This document shows positions 12,641-25,312 of a stretch of DNA of 64,000 nucleotides, one piece after another. A program made the translations under genes and the position numbers. The number at the start of each line of letters is the position of its first letter. Position 1 is the stretch's first letter. The notes beneath the pieces are model-generated. The model searched no databases and had not been told where the DNA came from. It worked only from the letters and a program-made list of their open reading frames with translations. Source of the stretch: Octopus sinensis (lineage: Eukaryota); the NCBI RefSeq assembly GCF_006345805.1, contig NC_042997.1, forward strand, positions 84,010,001 to 84,074,000. Direction: 5' to 3'.

Positions 12641-14439
12641 GTTGATATCTAAATAGATCTGAATTAGTTTTGAAAAGAAGCGGTCTCTTTATGGGTGGAG
12701 TTATATGCTGACCCCTTTAAAACTAATACTTGAGTTTGTAGTGCCTTTAGTAAAGTTAATATGTACAGATTTTAGACCATGTTTCTGGTTTTCTTGTCCC
12801 CGCTACTTTTTATGTATACATTAATCAGCAGCAATTCAGAATGGACATAAGCCATATCAACTTAACCAGTATATATTTAATGGCACTTTAAACAAGGTAT
12901 CTTCTACTACAGTCTTAAGCTGATTAATATCTTCTAAGCAAAATTTGGTAGGTGGAAACTGTACGGAAGCCCACCATGTGTGTATATGAGTGCATACAGG
13001 TGTGTGTATGTGTGTGTGTTAGCTTCCATGTAATTGCTCATGCACACCATTTGGGTAAAATGATGTTTGTGTATTTTTCACTATGACCAGTATCTCAGTA
13101 ATTGAGTCAGGTTTAATACGTGAAGAATGCCAGTGGGATGAAAATAAATGGCTCACTTGTAAACATAAGTAAAGGAACCAGCAGGAAGGACATCTGGCTG
13201 TAGAATGCTGCCTTGCAAAGACTCATTTAACTCCTGCTAGTGTTGAAACTGTAGACATAATTATAAAGACGGTGACAATTCTCTCTGGAACTCATAAATG
13301 GCTGGTAGATTTCATGTTTCATGATGAAAACTACATCTGTACATAGATAAAATGCCCATCTGAAATACCTTGAAGAAATACTATATTACATACACAAACA
13401 CACATTTATATTTATAGATATACAAACAACTCAATCATTTGAACACACTCAAAACAATCCTTAAACATGTATACACATACTTCCTTCAATAAAAGAACAC
13501 ACACACAGACATACATACATAAAATGGCTTAGACACAAACATACACATCTGACATTAAAAATCTAATACACTCAAGGTTCAGAAATCTTTCATTACAGCA
13601 ATCAATTTTTTTCACTCTCTTCATATTCTTACTGCAGCTATTGCTGCTGCTGCTGCTGTGGTTGTTATTGTTACTGTTGATGTTATTGCTATTTGGCTAT
13701 ATTTCGCTGACTAATTTATTACTATTTTGATACGAGTCCTGTACAGTGTTTTTTTTATTTTCTATTTTTTTTTTGTGGGGTTTGTATATTTTAATTTTTT
13801 TTTTTGTATTCTGTTTATTATTCTTTGCAGATGTCTACATAATAATGGAAAATTCTAAGAGGAAATAATGATTTCGTCCTGCAGGAAACGAAGAGCCAAA
13901 GAAGTTTGATAGATAAAGAATATAAATCAGTCAAAAACTGGCAATACTTTCATATATTAGGAAATTTTCACTATTTCCCTCATCTTCCTTCTCTCACAGT
14001 ACCATCTTACTATCTATATCCTGCTCTCTCTATTGGCTTGTTCTTTCTTTCATACATTTGACGCAAATATTTCTCTGTCTCAGTCTGTATAATACAAAGT
14101 ACACATAGAGAGAGATAGAAAGATGCATATTTTCAGCTGTTGTTTTTAACTATTAAAATTTATACACAACACTATATATACTCTCTTTCTCACTATGCTC
14201 ATACATGTACATATAGAAAAAGGACATTACACACACAAACACACATATAGGTTTGTTGGTGCAAACAGGAAAAACAGAACTCAAAATATGAGTATATGTA
14301 TATTTTTATTGATATTTAGCAGAAGTAATGGAGTGACTCAAGGTCTGAGAATTTCGTTCGTTGGTACTTATCAAACTGATAATGCACAAAACTCTCGGAC
14401 ATTGAGTTAGTATGTTTCTTCTGCTAAATATTAATAAAT

Positions 14440-14576
14440 ATGGCTGTGTGGTAAGAAGCTTGCTTCCCAACCACATGATTCCAGGTTTAGTCCCACTGCA
14501 TGGCAAGTGTCTTCTTCCTCGGACTGATTAAAGCCTTGTGAGTGGATTTAGTAGACAGAAACTGAAAGAAGCCCGT

Positions 14577-14614
<38 letters not shown>

Positions 14615-14870
14615 CATGCTAGCATGGAAGGTGGATATTAAATGATGATGATGATGTATTTGTATGTCTGTGCTTGTCCTACCACCATCGCTTGACAACC
14701 GACGTTGGTGTGTTTACGTCCTTGTAACTTAGTGGTTTAGCAAAATAGACCAATAGAATAAGTACTAGGCTCACAAAGAATAAGTCCTGGGGTCGATTTG
14801 TTTGACTAAAGGCGGTGCTCCAGCATAGCCATGGTCAAATGACTGAAACAAGTAAAAGAATAAAAGAATA
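14440..14870 (+). mobile_element. SINE family A
   Basis: Same head/microsatellite/tail architecture. Confidence 0.85.
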
Positions 14871-15019
14871 CACATACAGCACACACACGAGGTCCCTCTA
14901 ACAGTTACAGCTATTACAAAGAAGATAGTCATTTCATCACAATATGAAGTAGGATTGAAAATTTGAAATTGAAATTAAGGAATTTTTATATTTCACATAT
15001 TCCATCCTTTTAGTTGTTA

Positions 15020-15250
15020 TCACCCATGCTGGTGACACGCAAGAGGCACTTGTGCCAGTGACATGTAAAAGGCACCCAGTACACTCTGTAAAGTAGTTAG
15101 CATTAGGAAGGGCATCCAGCTGCAGAAACCAAGTCAAAGCAGACAAATGGAGTCTGGTGCAGCTCTCCTGCTTACTAGATCCAGTCAAACTGTCTAACCC
15201 ATTGTAGCATGGAAAACAGATATTAACCCTTTCAATGATGATGATGGTAA
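15020..15250 (+). mobile_element. RTE-LINE 3'-tail repeat (family C) ending in (GAT)n
   Basis: ggcacccagtacactc..ttaggaagggcatccagctg.agaaac..catggaaaacaga..gatgatgat. Same family as the tail of the RTE at 53822-55625. Confidence 0.8.
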
Positions 15251-16002
15251 TGATGATATTTACTTAATCGAAAGTTCTTAAAATCTCTAGTCATTAGTAA
15301 TCATGTATTATATAACACTATTTCATTCTCTTTAGAAACCATCAGTATAACATAACCTATGACTTATTAATTAAATGTTTTATAAGTGAGACATTTCATT
15401 AAAGATGCATATATTTGCAGTCTGGAAGGAATTCAAGGAGTGAGTTTTTTTGTTTATTTTTAATTTACTTCATAGAATGTAAGTAGGTTAGGAATCAAGA
15501 AAATAGAGAGAAAGTTCTTAACATTTGCATACAAAATAATAACTGCTCACAGGAAATTCTACTGTGAAGATGCTTTATAGTAACCAATAATTTTAGTTTT
15601 AGCAACAAACAACTTCACAAGTTGTTTTCCAATGTATTCTTCAAGGAATAGACATTCATTTCAAGCTGTATTTTTAAAAAAGTTTTTATTCACTTTTCTT
15701 AGTGATATTCTGTTTGTGTGTGGTGGAACAGACATCTGTTCATAAACACGTAGACCTTGACTATCATCAACAGTTTAAAATGGATTTTCATGAATTCACA
15801 GCTAGAATTATTCAAACATACGAGGTCCCGCAAACGGTTACAGCTATTGCAGGGGAAATAGTCATTTTGATATAATACAAAGCAGGATAGGAAATTTGAA
15901 ATTGAAATTAAGGAATTATAAGAAGATGCAGCAAACTCATATATTTCTTTCTTTTTTTATTTTTTATTTACTTAATATAAAGTTTTAAAATTTTCTTAAT
16001 AC

Positions 16003-16185
16003 ATGCGTGGCTATGTGGTAAGAAGCTACAGGCATGGTTATATGGTAAAAAGCTGACTTCACAGCCACATAGTTCCAGGTTCAGTCCCACTGTGTGGCAC
16101 CATGGGCAAGTGTCTTCTACTATAGCCTTGGACCGACCAAAGCCTTGAAAATGGATTTGGTAGACAGAAACTGAAAGAAGCCTGT

Positions 16186-16240
<55 letters not shown>

Positions 16241-16440
16241 ATGTTTGTCCCCACCACCATCACTTGACAACTGATGCTAGTGTGTTTATATACCTGTAAC
16301 TTAGTGGTTTGAGAAAAGAGACTGATAGAATAAATACTAGGCTTACAAAGAATAAGTGCTGGGGTTGATTTCTTTGACTTAAGGTGGTGCTCCAGCATGG
16401 CTGCAGTCAAATGACTGAAGCAAGTAAAGGAATAAAGGAA
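16003..16440 (+). mobile_element. SINE family A
   Basis: Head (duplicated start), microsatellite, tail. Confidence 0.85.
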
Positions 16441-17529
16441 TAAATTGTCAACACCAGAAAAATAGAGACAAACTCTAGAAGGATTTGAATAAAATCGTCC
16501 TGAAATGATGAAAAGCATTTAATATGTCACCCTTTGCACTTGGCTGTTCCACTGCCTTTTTCCAACAATAATAACAATAAATTAGGGAATAGTTGCTGAA
16601 CCTGCTAGAAGTAGCAAACAAATCTACTATGATATTGATAATATGTCCCAGATACACCTATTTGAATAGAAGACAAGATAGTTACAAGTGAAGACTTTGT
16701 TCATAGATCTGATTGATCAGGGCTGACCTGGGGCTAAACAATGATATCGAAGGGAGGTAAAAAAAAAAAAAATGACAAAGTGCAGATGCAAAATTGTAGA
16801 AATTTAAACTGAGTAAGTGAAGAAGTAGCTACTGAGTAAGTTGAAGATAGCATTTTTCATTGATTGTTTGCAGTATGATATTTCTGATACCTGGATATTT
16901 GAGAGGTTCTGAAGGGATCTAAATACTATCATGTAATGATCCTAGCTGTTAACAACAGAACAGTCAGATAAACTCTAAAAGTAACATATCCTCTAGTGAG
17001 TCTGCAGGCAAATCGTGAGGGACATGGACTATAGCGCAATATTTGTACTATATTGTATGTGTATACTGTCTTCTTTCTATGTGTATGAGAGAGAGAGAGA
17101 GAGAGAAAGAAGTATAGCGTTTGTGTACAGTTAAAAGCAACAGCTGTTGATAGTGTTAAAAACAACAGCTGCCTCTCTAGATGTGTACTTTGTATCATAC
17201 AGACTAAGACAGAGGTATTATACTTTTGTACAAAAGTCCAAATGAGGCAGCATCTGCATAGTCATTCGGTCTGCTGAAAAGAACAGCCAAATTCTTCTCA
17301 AATCATAAAATACTGTCTTACAAAGCAAAGGATTCTTTAGTTAATGTAGTTTTGGATACAATAAAGTAACAATAAATATTTTAAGGTCATTTTTGCCTGT
17401 TAAAGAAGTGGTATTACCAACCACGTACAGAGTTCGGTCTCATTATCACAGATTAGTGATTGATGCCAGTGTAAGAAATGGTATATTTGGAAACGAAATC
17501 ATAATTCAGTTGTATATAGAAATGAGGAA

Positions 17530-17755
17530 TTATGTACATTATTTACATTTGATGGATATTTGTCCTCATCTTTGTTGTTAAAACAATGTTTCAATTGATA
17601 TACCCTCTAGCCTTCATCAGGTGTCTTGGGGAAATTTCAAACCTGGGTTCTCATTTTTAAGGTATTTTTCTATGTTATTATTATTATTACCATTATTATT
17701 ATTATTATTCAGGTCACTGCCTGGAATCGAACTTGGAATCACTACGCCATATGCC
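17530..17755 (-). mobile_element. tRNA-headed SINE with a hammerhead-bearing 3' tail (head partly deleted); second, head-only copy at 17921-18022
   Basis: Copy 2 reverse: GGCACATGGCGTAGAGG (A box)..GAGTTTGATTCC (B box)..GTGACCTG(AAT)n. Copy 1 continues into gaaaaatacc..ccccaagacacCTGATGA..GAAAC. Confidence 0.7.
17581..17624 (-). ncRNA. Degenerate minimal type I hammerhead ribozyme motif
   Basis: ACAC CTGATGA A GGCTAGAGGGTATATCAATT GAAA CA TT GTTT. Core intact; stems II and III eroded, partly consistent with CpG decay. Confidence 0.5.
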
Positions 17756-18778
17756 TGTGGCTTTATGGTCAAGAAGCTTGATTCCCAACTATATGGACTT
17801 TGGTTCAGTCTCATTATGTGGCACCTTGGGCAAGTGTCTTCTACAACCAAAGCCTTGTGAGCAGATCTGGCAGGCAGAAAGTGAAAGAAAAACCTATAGT
17901 GTGCGTGTGTGTGTGTGTGTGTATTTTTCGATGTTATTATTATTATTCAGGTCACTGCCTGGAATCAAACTCGGAATCTTGGAGTTAGTAGCCTGTGCTC
18001 TTAAGCCTCTACGCCATGTGCCTGTGGCTTTATTTGGCTTTATGGTCAAGAAGCTTGCTTCCCAACCATATGAACTTTGGTTCAGTTTTGTTATGTGGCA
18101 CCTTGGGCAAATGTGTGTGTGTGTGTGTGATTGTGTGTATCGTTGTGTTTGCTCATCCTTCCACCACTTAATAATCAGTGTTGATTTGTTTGACTAAATG
18201 TGGTGCTGCAGCATGGCAGCAGTCCAATTATTGAAGCAAGTAAAAGATTAAAAACAGACATGCATAAATAAATGGTGGCAATGGTGCAGTAGAATGCCAA
18301 ATAAAATGCCATATTGTATTATTTAGTAGTGTGTTTTGATATTCTAGGTTCAAATTCTCAACACAGATCAACATAATATTTTATCTTTTTAGTGAGTACA
18401 AATTCCACAGAGCTCAATTTTGCCTTTTATCTTTTTGGAGTAGATAAATTGAGTAGCAGTGAAGCACTGGGATCGATGTAATTAACTTACATGCCCCCGC
18501 CCAACTCCCTAAATTGCTGGCCTTGTGCCAAAATTTGAAACCAATATAAACACAATTCAAGTTTCAGTTTTGGCAGCACTGTTCTGGTACCTTACAGAAT
18601 TGATAAACATTAAGCACCACATAGAATTTGATAAATGGTGGTTTTCAGCTGATAAACACGGTTTTAGAATTCATTACATGTTTGGTATTGAGCTGTGTTA
18701 GCTCTGTTTCTTCAATTGTTATTAAAATGCTTTACTTCCCTGAATTATATCATTTGTATCACTCCAAACGATATAATT

Positions 18779-19044
18779 CAGTGGTTCTCAATCAGGGTCC
18801 ATATAAGATTTTGTTGTTAAAAATTCATGTGCAATAGATTGCTTATACTTTTACAGTACATTTCTTTTATACAACTCCTAATAATGCTTAATTATAAAGA
18901 TACAGCAGGATTTTATTATATACACCAAATGGCTATGGTGGTCCAGTAGAATAAAAATAGGAATTACCAAATGGCTAAGGTGGTCCAGTAAAATAAAATA
19001 GGAATCAAAGAGATCCAAAGGCAAGAAATTGTTGAGAACCTCAG
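18779..19044. mobile_element. hAT-type MITE (266 bp)
   Basis: TIR cagtggttctcaa..ttgagaacctcag; 8-bp TSD atataatt/atataact. Confidence 0.8.
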
Positions 19045-19744
19045 ATATAACTGGGTCCATGCAATTTCCTTCTGCATTCCATCACAGCTATTGAATTTCA
19101 CTACCTTTAGCAGAACTTTTGCCAAGGCCTATTCCTAAAATATTTGTCTCTAGAAATTCTCACCACGAACTATTTTTTCCCTTTTGTAATGAGACACCTT
19201 GTGAAATTAATGAGAGAGAAATAAAATTAGAGTAATTTAAAAATGGGTGGGGAGAAAAAGAAGAAAATAATGAAAGTTTATGTTGACATAAATATGGAAA
19301 CTGACGAATGATAAATAAGGATGATTTTTTTTTAATGCAATTGATTTTAAATAGAAATCAAAATTTATATCCAATTTAGAATTAACAACAGTAAGTGAAA
19401 TACCAGAATGCCAACAGATGCTGAAATTTCCAGAGTTTATATGTTGGATTTGTTTCATAATAAATAATGATAATGATGATATCAATATCATATGACTAGA
19501 TAATTAGATAGATGGATGCATGAATGGATAAACAGAAATAGATAGATTGTTAAACTGCTAGGTGGAAAGCTGGACTGCTAGATGGATGAATGGATGGATT
19601 GCTAGGTAGATGGACAAAAAAGATGGATTAGACAGATAAAAAGATAGCAAGATCAAGAAAAAAAACAAAACAAAAATGTAATATCAGACTGATGGAAAGC
19701 TAGATAGGTAAATATATAGCAAGATAAATTGTTAATAGATTGAA

Positions 19745-19783
19745 AGCCACATATACACATATAGATAGATTAGTTAGATAGAT

Positions 19784-19814
<31 letters not shown>

Positions 19815-19910
19815 CAGATAGACAGATAGATAGATAGATAGATAGTAAGATAGGTAGATAGTAAGATAGGTAGATAGATAGATAGTAAGATAGGTAGATA
19901 GTAAGATAGG

Positions 19911-20003
<93 letters not shown>

Positions 20004-20012
20004 GAATGGATG
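19745..20012. repeat. (GATA)n microsatellite with GTAA interruptions
   Basis: Direct reading. Confidence 0.95.
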
Positions 20013-22049
20013 GAGGGATGGCTATGAATAAATAACATAGATGTTTAAACTTTCACATTATTAATTTCACAGGAAAAAAAACAAGTTGCAACTAAAAGTT
20101 GATTTGCTTGAAGTCAAAATATTAAGGAACAGATGTTTAAAAAAGATAATGACAGTATTAAAGCTGCTAATATTGATGGTGATGATGAAGATAGCAGTTA
20201 AGAAGGATTATTACTATGATGGTGATGACTTATTACAACATACATTTTTTTGGTTTTATAAAAAAAAATATATCTGAAGTTCAACTTCTAGTATTACTTT
20301 ATTGATAATGAGGACACTATTTTAAATTTTTAATTTTGTAAAGTACTTCTCTAAATAAATTTTGAGGTTGAGTAATTCTCAATCTATAATTACATTTACT
20401 GAGCCTTTACTACTTCTTTCTCTTTCATTCTTTCTGCTTCTTCTGCTTTTTCTCATATTTTGTTGTTTCATTTGTTTTCCCTTGTCTTTTTTCTTTTAGT
20501 GACCAGTATTTCTGGTAGTGAACTTTTCCCCAGTTATCTTTTGTTAATCATCAGTCATGATAATTTTTGTCAGTCACATTTATCTTCATCAGTCTTCATC
20601 TTCTTTGTCAAGGATCTTCATCTATCATCTTCTTCAGTCATCTTCACCAGTCATCTTTATATGTCATTTTCATCTGTTACGGATATTCTTCCTATGCTCT
20701 TTTTTACCTTTTTCTTTTTTTGATTCACCACCTCCGTGTCTCTTTTGTCTCTTGTAGTTGTCATGTCATCTCCAATATTTTATCTATTTCTATCCACCTC
20801 TTTTATCACCATTTTCTTCATCCACACCTTTTTACCTTTCTATTTTTACTGGCATCATTACAATTTTCTCCATTTCATTTTATCTTCAAATCCTTACTAT
20901 CTATTTTCTGTTATCAACCACATCATTATCATGACACAAATTCTCAGATTCTGAAAGAAAGAAGCTGCAATAACAGTTTAGATTTCAACGGTCTAAAGTT
21001 CAACAGAACATGTCAAAGACCACAACACTAATTAGTTACACAAAGAACATAACACCACAGCGTATTCTCAAGATTGGCTTTGTTTGATATAGTATAAGGA
21101 ACCAAGAAAAACTTTATATGGTATATTCAATGAAAACAATGGACACACACAAAAAAGCCAGTGAAAATCTTGGTAGATCTACATAACCACAGTCACAGAC
21201 GTCCACAGCTATTACAAAATCCCCAGATACATGAAACTGCAGTTCAAATAGTGCTGACATATAGGGGTTAAAAACTGGAACTAAGCACTTTTATATACAA
21301 GAAACAGGGTTTAGCTTTATTTTAGAATGAACTCCTTGTCAAAATTCTTCCTGTTTGAATCATATCCATTTTTTGAATTTTATCTTTTTATCAAAAAAAT
21401 TTCCTCAGATTTTTTTCTTCTTTCAATTTTAAGATTTCATGGCAGCTAAAAAACTTCAAGCAGTGATTTAGAATTTGGTGATATTATTTATTAATGATTA
21501 TCAAATATTTATTTATTAGTGAATTAATTAGGAAATCAATGCCCAGGAATCAATATCTTGTAAATATATGTGTAAACATCTATGTGTAGTCGACCCTACT
21601 GTATTCAGTCTACCTTGGTAGGTGAAATAATCTGCCAACAGGTAAAACTCAACAAGTAACATCCAAATCCACAATGTACACCAATGATCATAATACTGTA
21701 CTAGCAAAATCATCTAATTTCACACAGTGGTTGTCTCATCACCTCATCTTGTCCATGGTCTACCCTGGGTCTTCTGCCAGTTGGTTTTACCCATAAATCC
21801 TGCCCAGTGATTCTTTCTTGAGACATACTTACATGCCCAAAGTATCAGTGCTGCAATCTATCAGTTCAAAGAAGTAGCAGCTCTAAATGGAGAGGAAGGA
21901 GTAAAAAGCAAACTTGCTACCTTCAATTTAGTGTTCGTACCTTACCAATAGTAAAGCCACTACTTCTCCAAAATGGTTGTATATTTAGAATTTTTATACT
22001 TCACTACCAGCATTTTGACACAGTATCTACTTTCTAAAAGGGACTGAGA

Positions 22050-22620
22050 GATTTATATAGACATTACAGCACTTAGTGAGTTAAATATACTAGAACTAGA
22101 GAAATAGTTAGCAGCAGAGGAACACATGAAATCAGTCCATAAATTGTTCAGAAATTTCAAAAGATGTATTAGATAGTTGATAGTTCATGTTCTGTAACAT
22201 GGTAAGGAATGAGAGGTAGTAATAAAAACAGAGAAGCCTGTGGAACAACTGTGTTGCTTGGCATCAAAAGGTTAATTTCTGCCAATATAAGAAGACTGGG
22301 GAAGAAAAGTGGTGCTGCATCAGAATGAGAGATGAGTACTATACACAGCTGATCTGAGGGTGCTAAAAAGGAAATGAACTAGGTATGATCTATTTGAGAG
22401 TAATCATGATACACAGAAAGAAACATTAAGGCCTGTGTGCTGAAGAGAGCAGCAAAACATTAAATACGTCAGCTGATCTGTATACAAACATATGATTGAT
22501 AGACATGGCTATGTGAATCAAATGAACGATGGGATACTGGTATGTGCTGACAAGGCAAGATACTCTTGGCACTGGAACACTGAAGAAAACATACAAACAT
22601 GTGAAGAATTCAGATCTCAG
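22050..22620 (+). mobile_element. Possible highly decayed RTE-type LINE coding fragment
   Basis: Segments such as DGILVCADKARYSWHW resemble the RTE linker between endonuclease and RT. Many stops. Confidence 0.3.
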
Positions 22621-23399
22621 TGTTTTGGATTCTCACAGACAAGATGATGCAAGATGAATGATGATTTACTGTTGCTGTAAACCGATCCAATCCTTGCCAG
22701 CAGAGTTAAATAGACATTAAAATGATATTGCTGACAAAATTCTATCTTGGCTTACATTATTATTATTACATTATCCAGTTCGCTTTTCACCTCCCAATTT
22801 CATTAGGCTCATTCTCACCATCTTCCTAAGTATCAGCAGCAGCACCAATACCATCTTGTTTAACATCAAGCTCATCAGCATCATCTGTCTTTCACATAGT
22901 ATTTTCCAAAACCCCTAACCAAACTCCCTTGTTAGAAAGCTCTACTTCATTCATTCATTCATTCATTAGCTTTCTTCTCACAAGACCTCTTATGGTGCTT
23001 TCTTCTTTTCTTCAATAATACAGCTGTGGCCGACATTCTCCTCTCTTCTCTCACTAAGCAACATCTTCCACTTTCTTGCTGCTCCTCCTCCTCCCCCATT
23101 TTAATTGGTACCTTAAATATTTTGCCCATTAATGTAACTTGACTCCTTGCCCCAACAACATATTCTGTTCCCACTAATTTCTTATTCCTCAGGGTTGTCA
23201 ACAACTAGAGCCTTATTTCCTTAGCAGAACCTGCATGCGACGACCATGACCACGACCATGCAGCCTCTGTTTGTGGCTTAACAGCAAGCTTTCTAACCCA
23301 CTAATTAAGTTCAGATTAGTTTCCAGTCAGGCACGAAAGAAAATACCCTGTTCTCCACCATACTAAACCCACATACCTATGTGGGAATTTTCACACCCA

Positions 23400-23637
23400 C
23401 ACAAAACATATACACACCCACCCATGCAAATGATTATACAAGTAGATACACACGCAAACACACACATGCACACAAAGGCATACCAAGAAACATACCAATG
23501 AACAAATGATATACATACATACAAAAAACATGAACATACACACACATATGAACATACATACACAAGCACGCATACAAACACATGCTCATACACAAACAAG
23601 TATACATACATTCCAAATTTGTGTGTGAGTGTGTGTG

Positions 23638-23685
<48 letters not shown>

Positions 23686-23868
23686 GTTCACACACATACA
23701 AAGCGATGTATACATTTGTACATAAGTACATAGTTATACATCCATATAAAGATGAAAATATATCTATACATATCCAAGCAAATATGTATACACAAATAGA
23801 TACACACACATATATATATCTATACATATATATAGATACATATACACACACATATATCTTATACATAT

Positions 23869-23921
<53 letters not shown>

Positions 23922-24010
23922 ATACACACATACAAATACACACAAACATATACACACACACATACATACATACACACATACATATACACACACACACACA
24001 CACATATTTA
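23400..24010. repeat. Compound (CA)/(TA)/(TG) low-complexity microsatellite tract
   Basis: Direct reading. Confidence 0.9.
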
Positions 24011-24024
24011 ATTATCTCAAGTAT

Positions 24025-24186
24025 AGGTGCAGAAGTGGTGGTGTGGTAAGTAGCTTGCTTACCAACCACATGGTTCCAGGTTTGTTCCCACTGCATGGCA
24101 CCTTGGCAAGCATCTTCTATTATAGCCTCGGGCTGACCAAAGCCTTGTGAGAGGATTTGATAGATGGAAATTGAAAGAAGCCCCTC

Positions 24187-24247
<61 letters not shown>

Positions 24248-24435
24248 CTTTGTGTGTCTGTGTTTGCCCCCACCACCATTGCTTGACAACCGATGTTGGT
24301 GTATTTATGTCCCTGTAACTTGGCAGTTCAGCAAAAGAGACTGATAGTACTAGGCTTACAAAGAATAAGTCCTAGGGTCCTTGTTTGGTTAAAGGCAGTA
24401 CTGCAGCATGGCTGCAGTCAAATGACTGAAAGAAA
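24025..24435 (+). mobile_element. SINE family A
   Basis: aggtgcagaagtggtggtgtggtaagtagcttgc.. head, TA tract, tail. Confidence 0.85.
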
Positions 24436-24647
24436 TTATAGAATATAGCTAGCTCTTAAAGGGATGTCAGCATCCAAGGTCCCCAGTTTTATCCAGTGTA
24501 TCAATGAAATACTAACAGATGTTAGCTTCACATTGATTTGTTTGAGTATATTATTATTTATGTATAAGAAAAAGAAAATGGAGAAATTGACATACAGACA
24601 TCAATTTATTAAAACAAATTCAATTTCAAACAATATTAAACTCATAG

Positions 24648-24742
24648 AACCTACAATTGTTTCCATGTCCAATTAATTCAAGTAAGAAAATTTAATTAAT
24701 GATTCATGCTGAGTATAGTTAATTGGACATTTCCTCAGGGTC
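24648..24742 (-). ncRNA. Type I hammerhead ribozyme motif with long stem II (sense to TMEM135 pre-mRNA)
   Basis: GACC CTGAGGA A ATGTCCAATTAA-42 nt-TTAATTGGACAT G GAAA CAATTG TA GGTT: core CUGANGA/GAAA, perfect 12-bp stem II, palindromic stem III ACAATTGT, GUA cleavage triplet. Confidence 0.75.
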
Positions 24743-25022
24743 AGGACTTGATAGAAAAAGGAACTACATCCCAATGTATTGACTGATCATTGGTAGGCTC
24801 AGCATTAAATTAAGATAAATGTGCGCTTGTGCATTCTAATGTATTTAAAAAAAACCCGCTAAAACATCGTCTAGGCCACCTAATGGTTCCTTTGTTTTTC
24901 AACACATAACAGTTTCTTTTAAATACATTAGAATGCACAAGCACATATATCTGAATTTAATGCTGAGTCTACCAATGATCAATCAACACATTGGGATGTA
25001 GTTTCTTTTTCTAACAAGTTCT

Positions 25023-25117
25023 GACCCTGACGATATGTTCAATTAACTATATTCAATATGAATCTTTAATTGAATTTTCTTATTTGAATTAACTGGACAT
25101 GGAAACAATTGTAGGTT
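25023..25117 (+). ncRNA. Type I hammerhead ribozyme motif, inverted partner of 24648-24742
   Basis: GACC CTGACGA T ATGTTCAATTAA..TTAACTGGACAT G GAAA CAATTG TA GGTT. Predicted cleavage after A25113. Confidence 0.75.
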
Positions 25118-25312
25118 CTATGAGTTGGATATTGTTCGAAATTGGATTCGTTTGAATAAATTGATGTCTATATGTCAATTTTTCCATTTTCTTTTGCTCA
25201 TACATAAATGATGTGTGTGTGTGTGTGTGTGCGTGCATGTGTGTTACATAAAACGAGACAACAAAGCCAAGGCAGTGTGAAATTTCTAGGACCTTTTATA
25301 AAGAGAAAGGTA

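Larger units (their letters stand above)
24556..25209. repeat. Fold-back element 1: ~290-bp inverted arms (24556-24850 / 24917-25209), ~66-bp spacer; probably Penelope-derived
   Basis: Arms align along their whole length with scattered substitutions. Each arm carries a hammerhead motif reading outward from the centre. Confidence 0.9.

Noticed and set aside
13800-13900. Acceptor-like sites on both strands
   Set aside because: Frames close quickly and there is no convincing donor.
17950-18022. tRNA-like sequences here and at other SINE heads
   Set aside because: A/B boxes are present but there is no complete cloverleaf; they are SINE heads, not tRNA genes.
23363-24096. ORFs up to 212 aa
   Set aside because: Microsatellite translation; the same applies to 28247-28679, 19700-20038 and 45192-45850.
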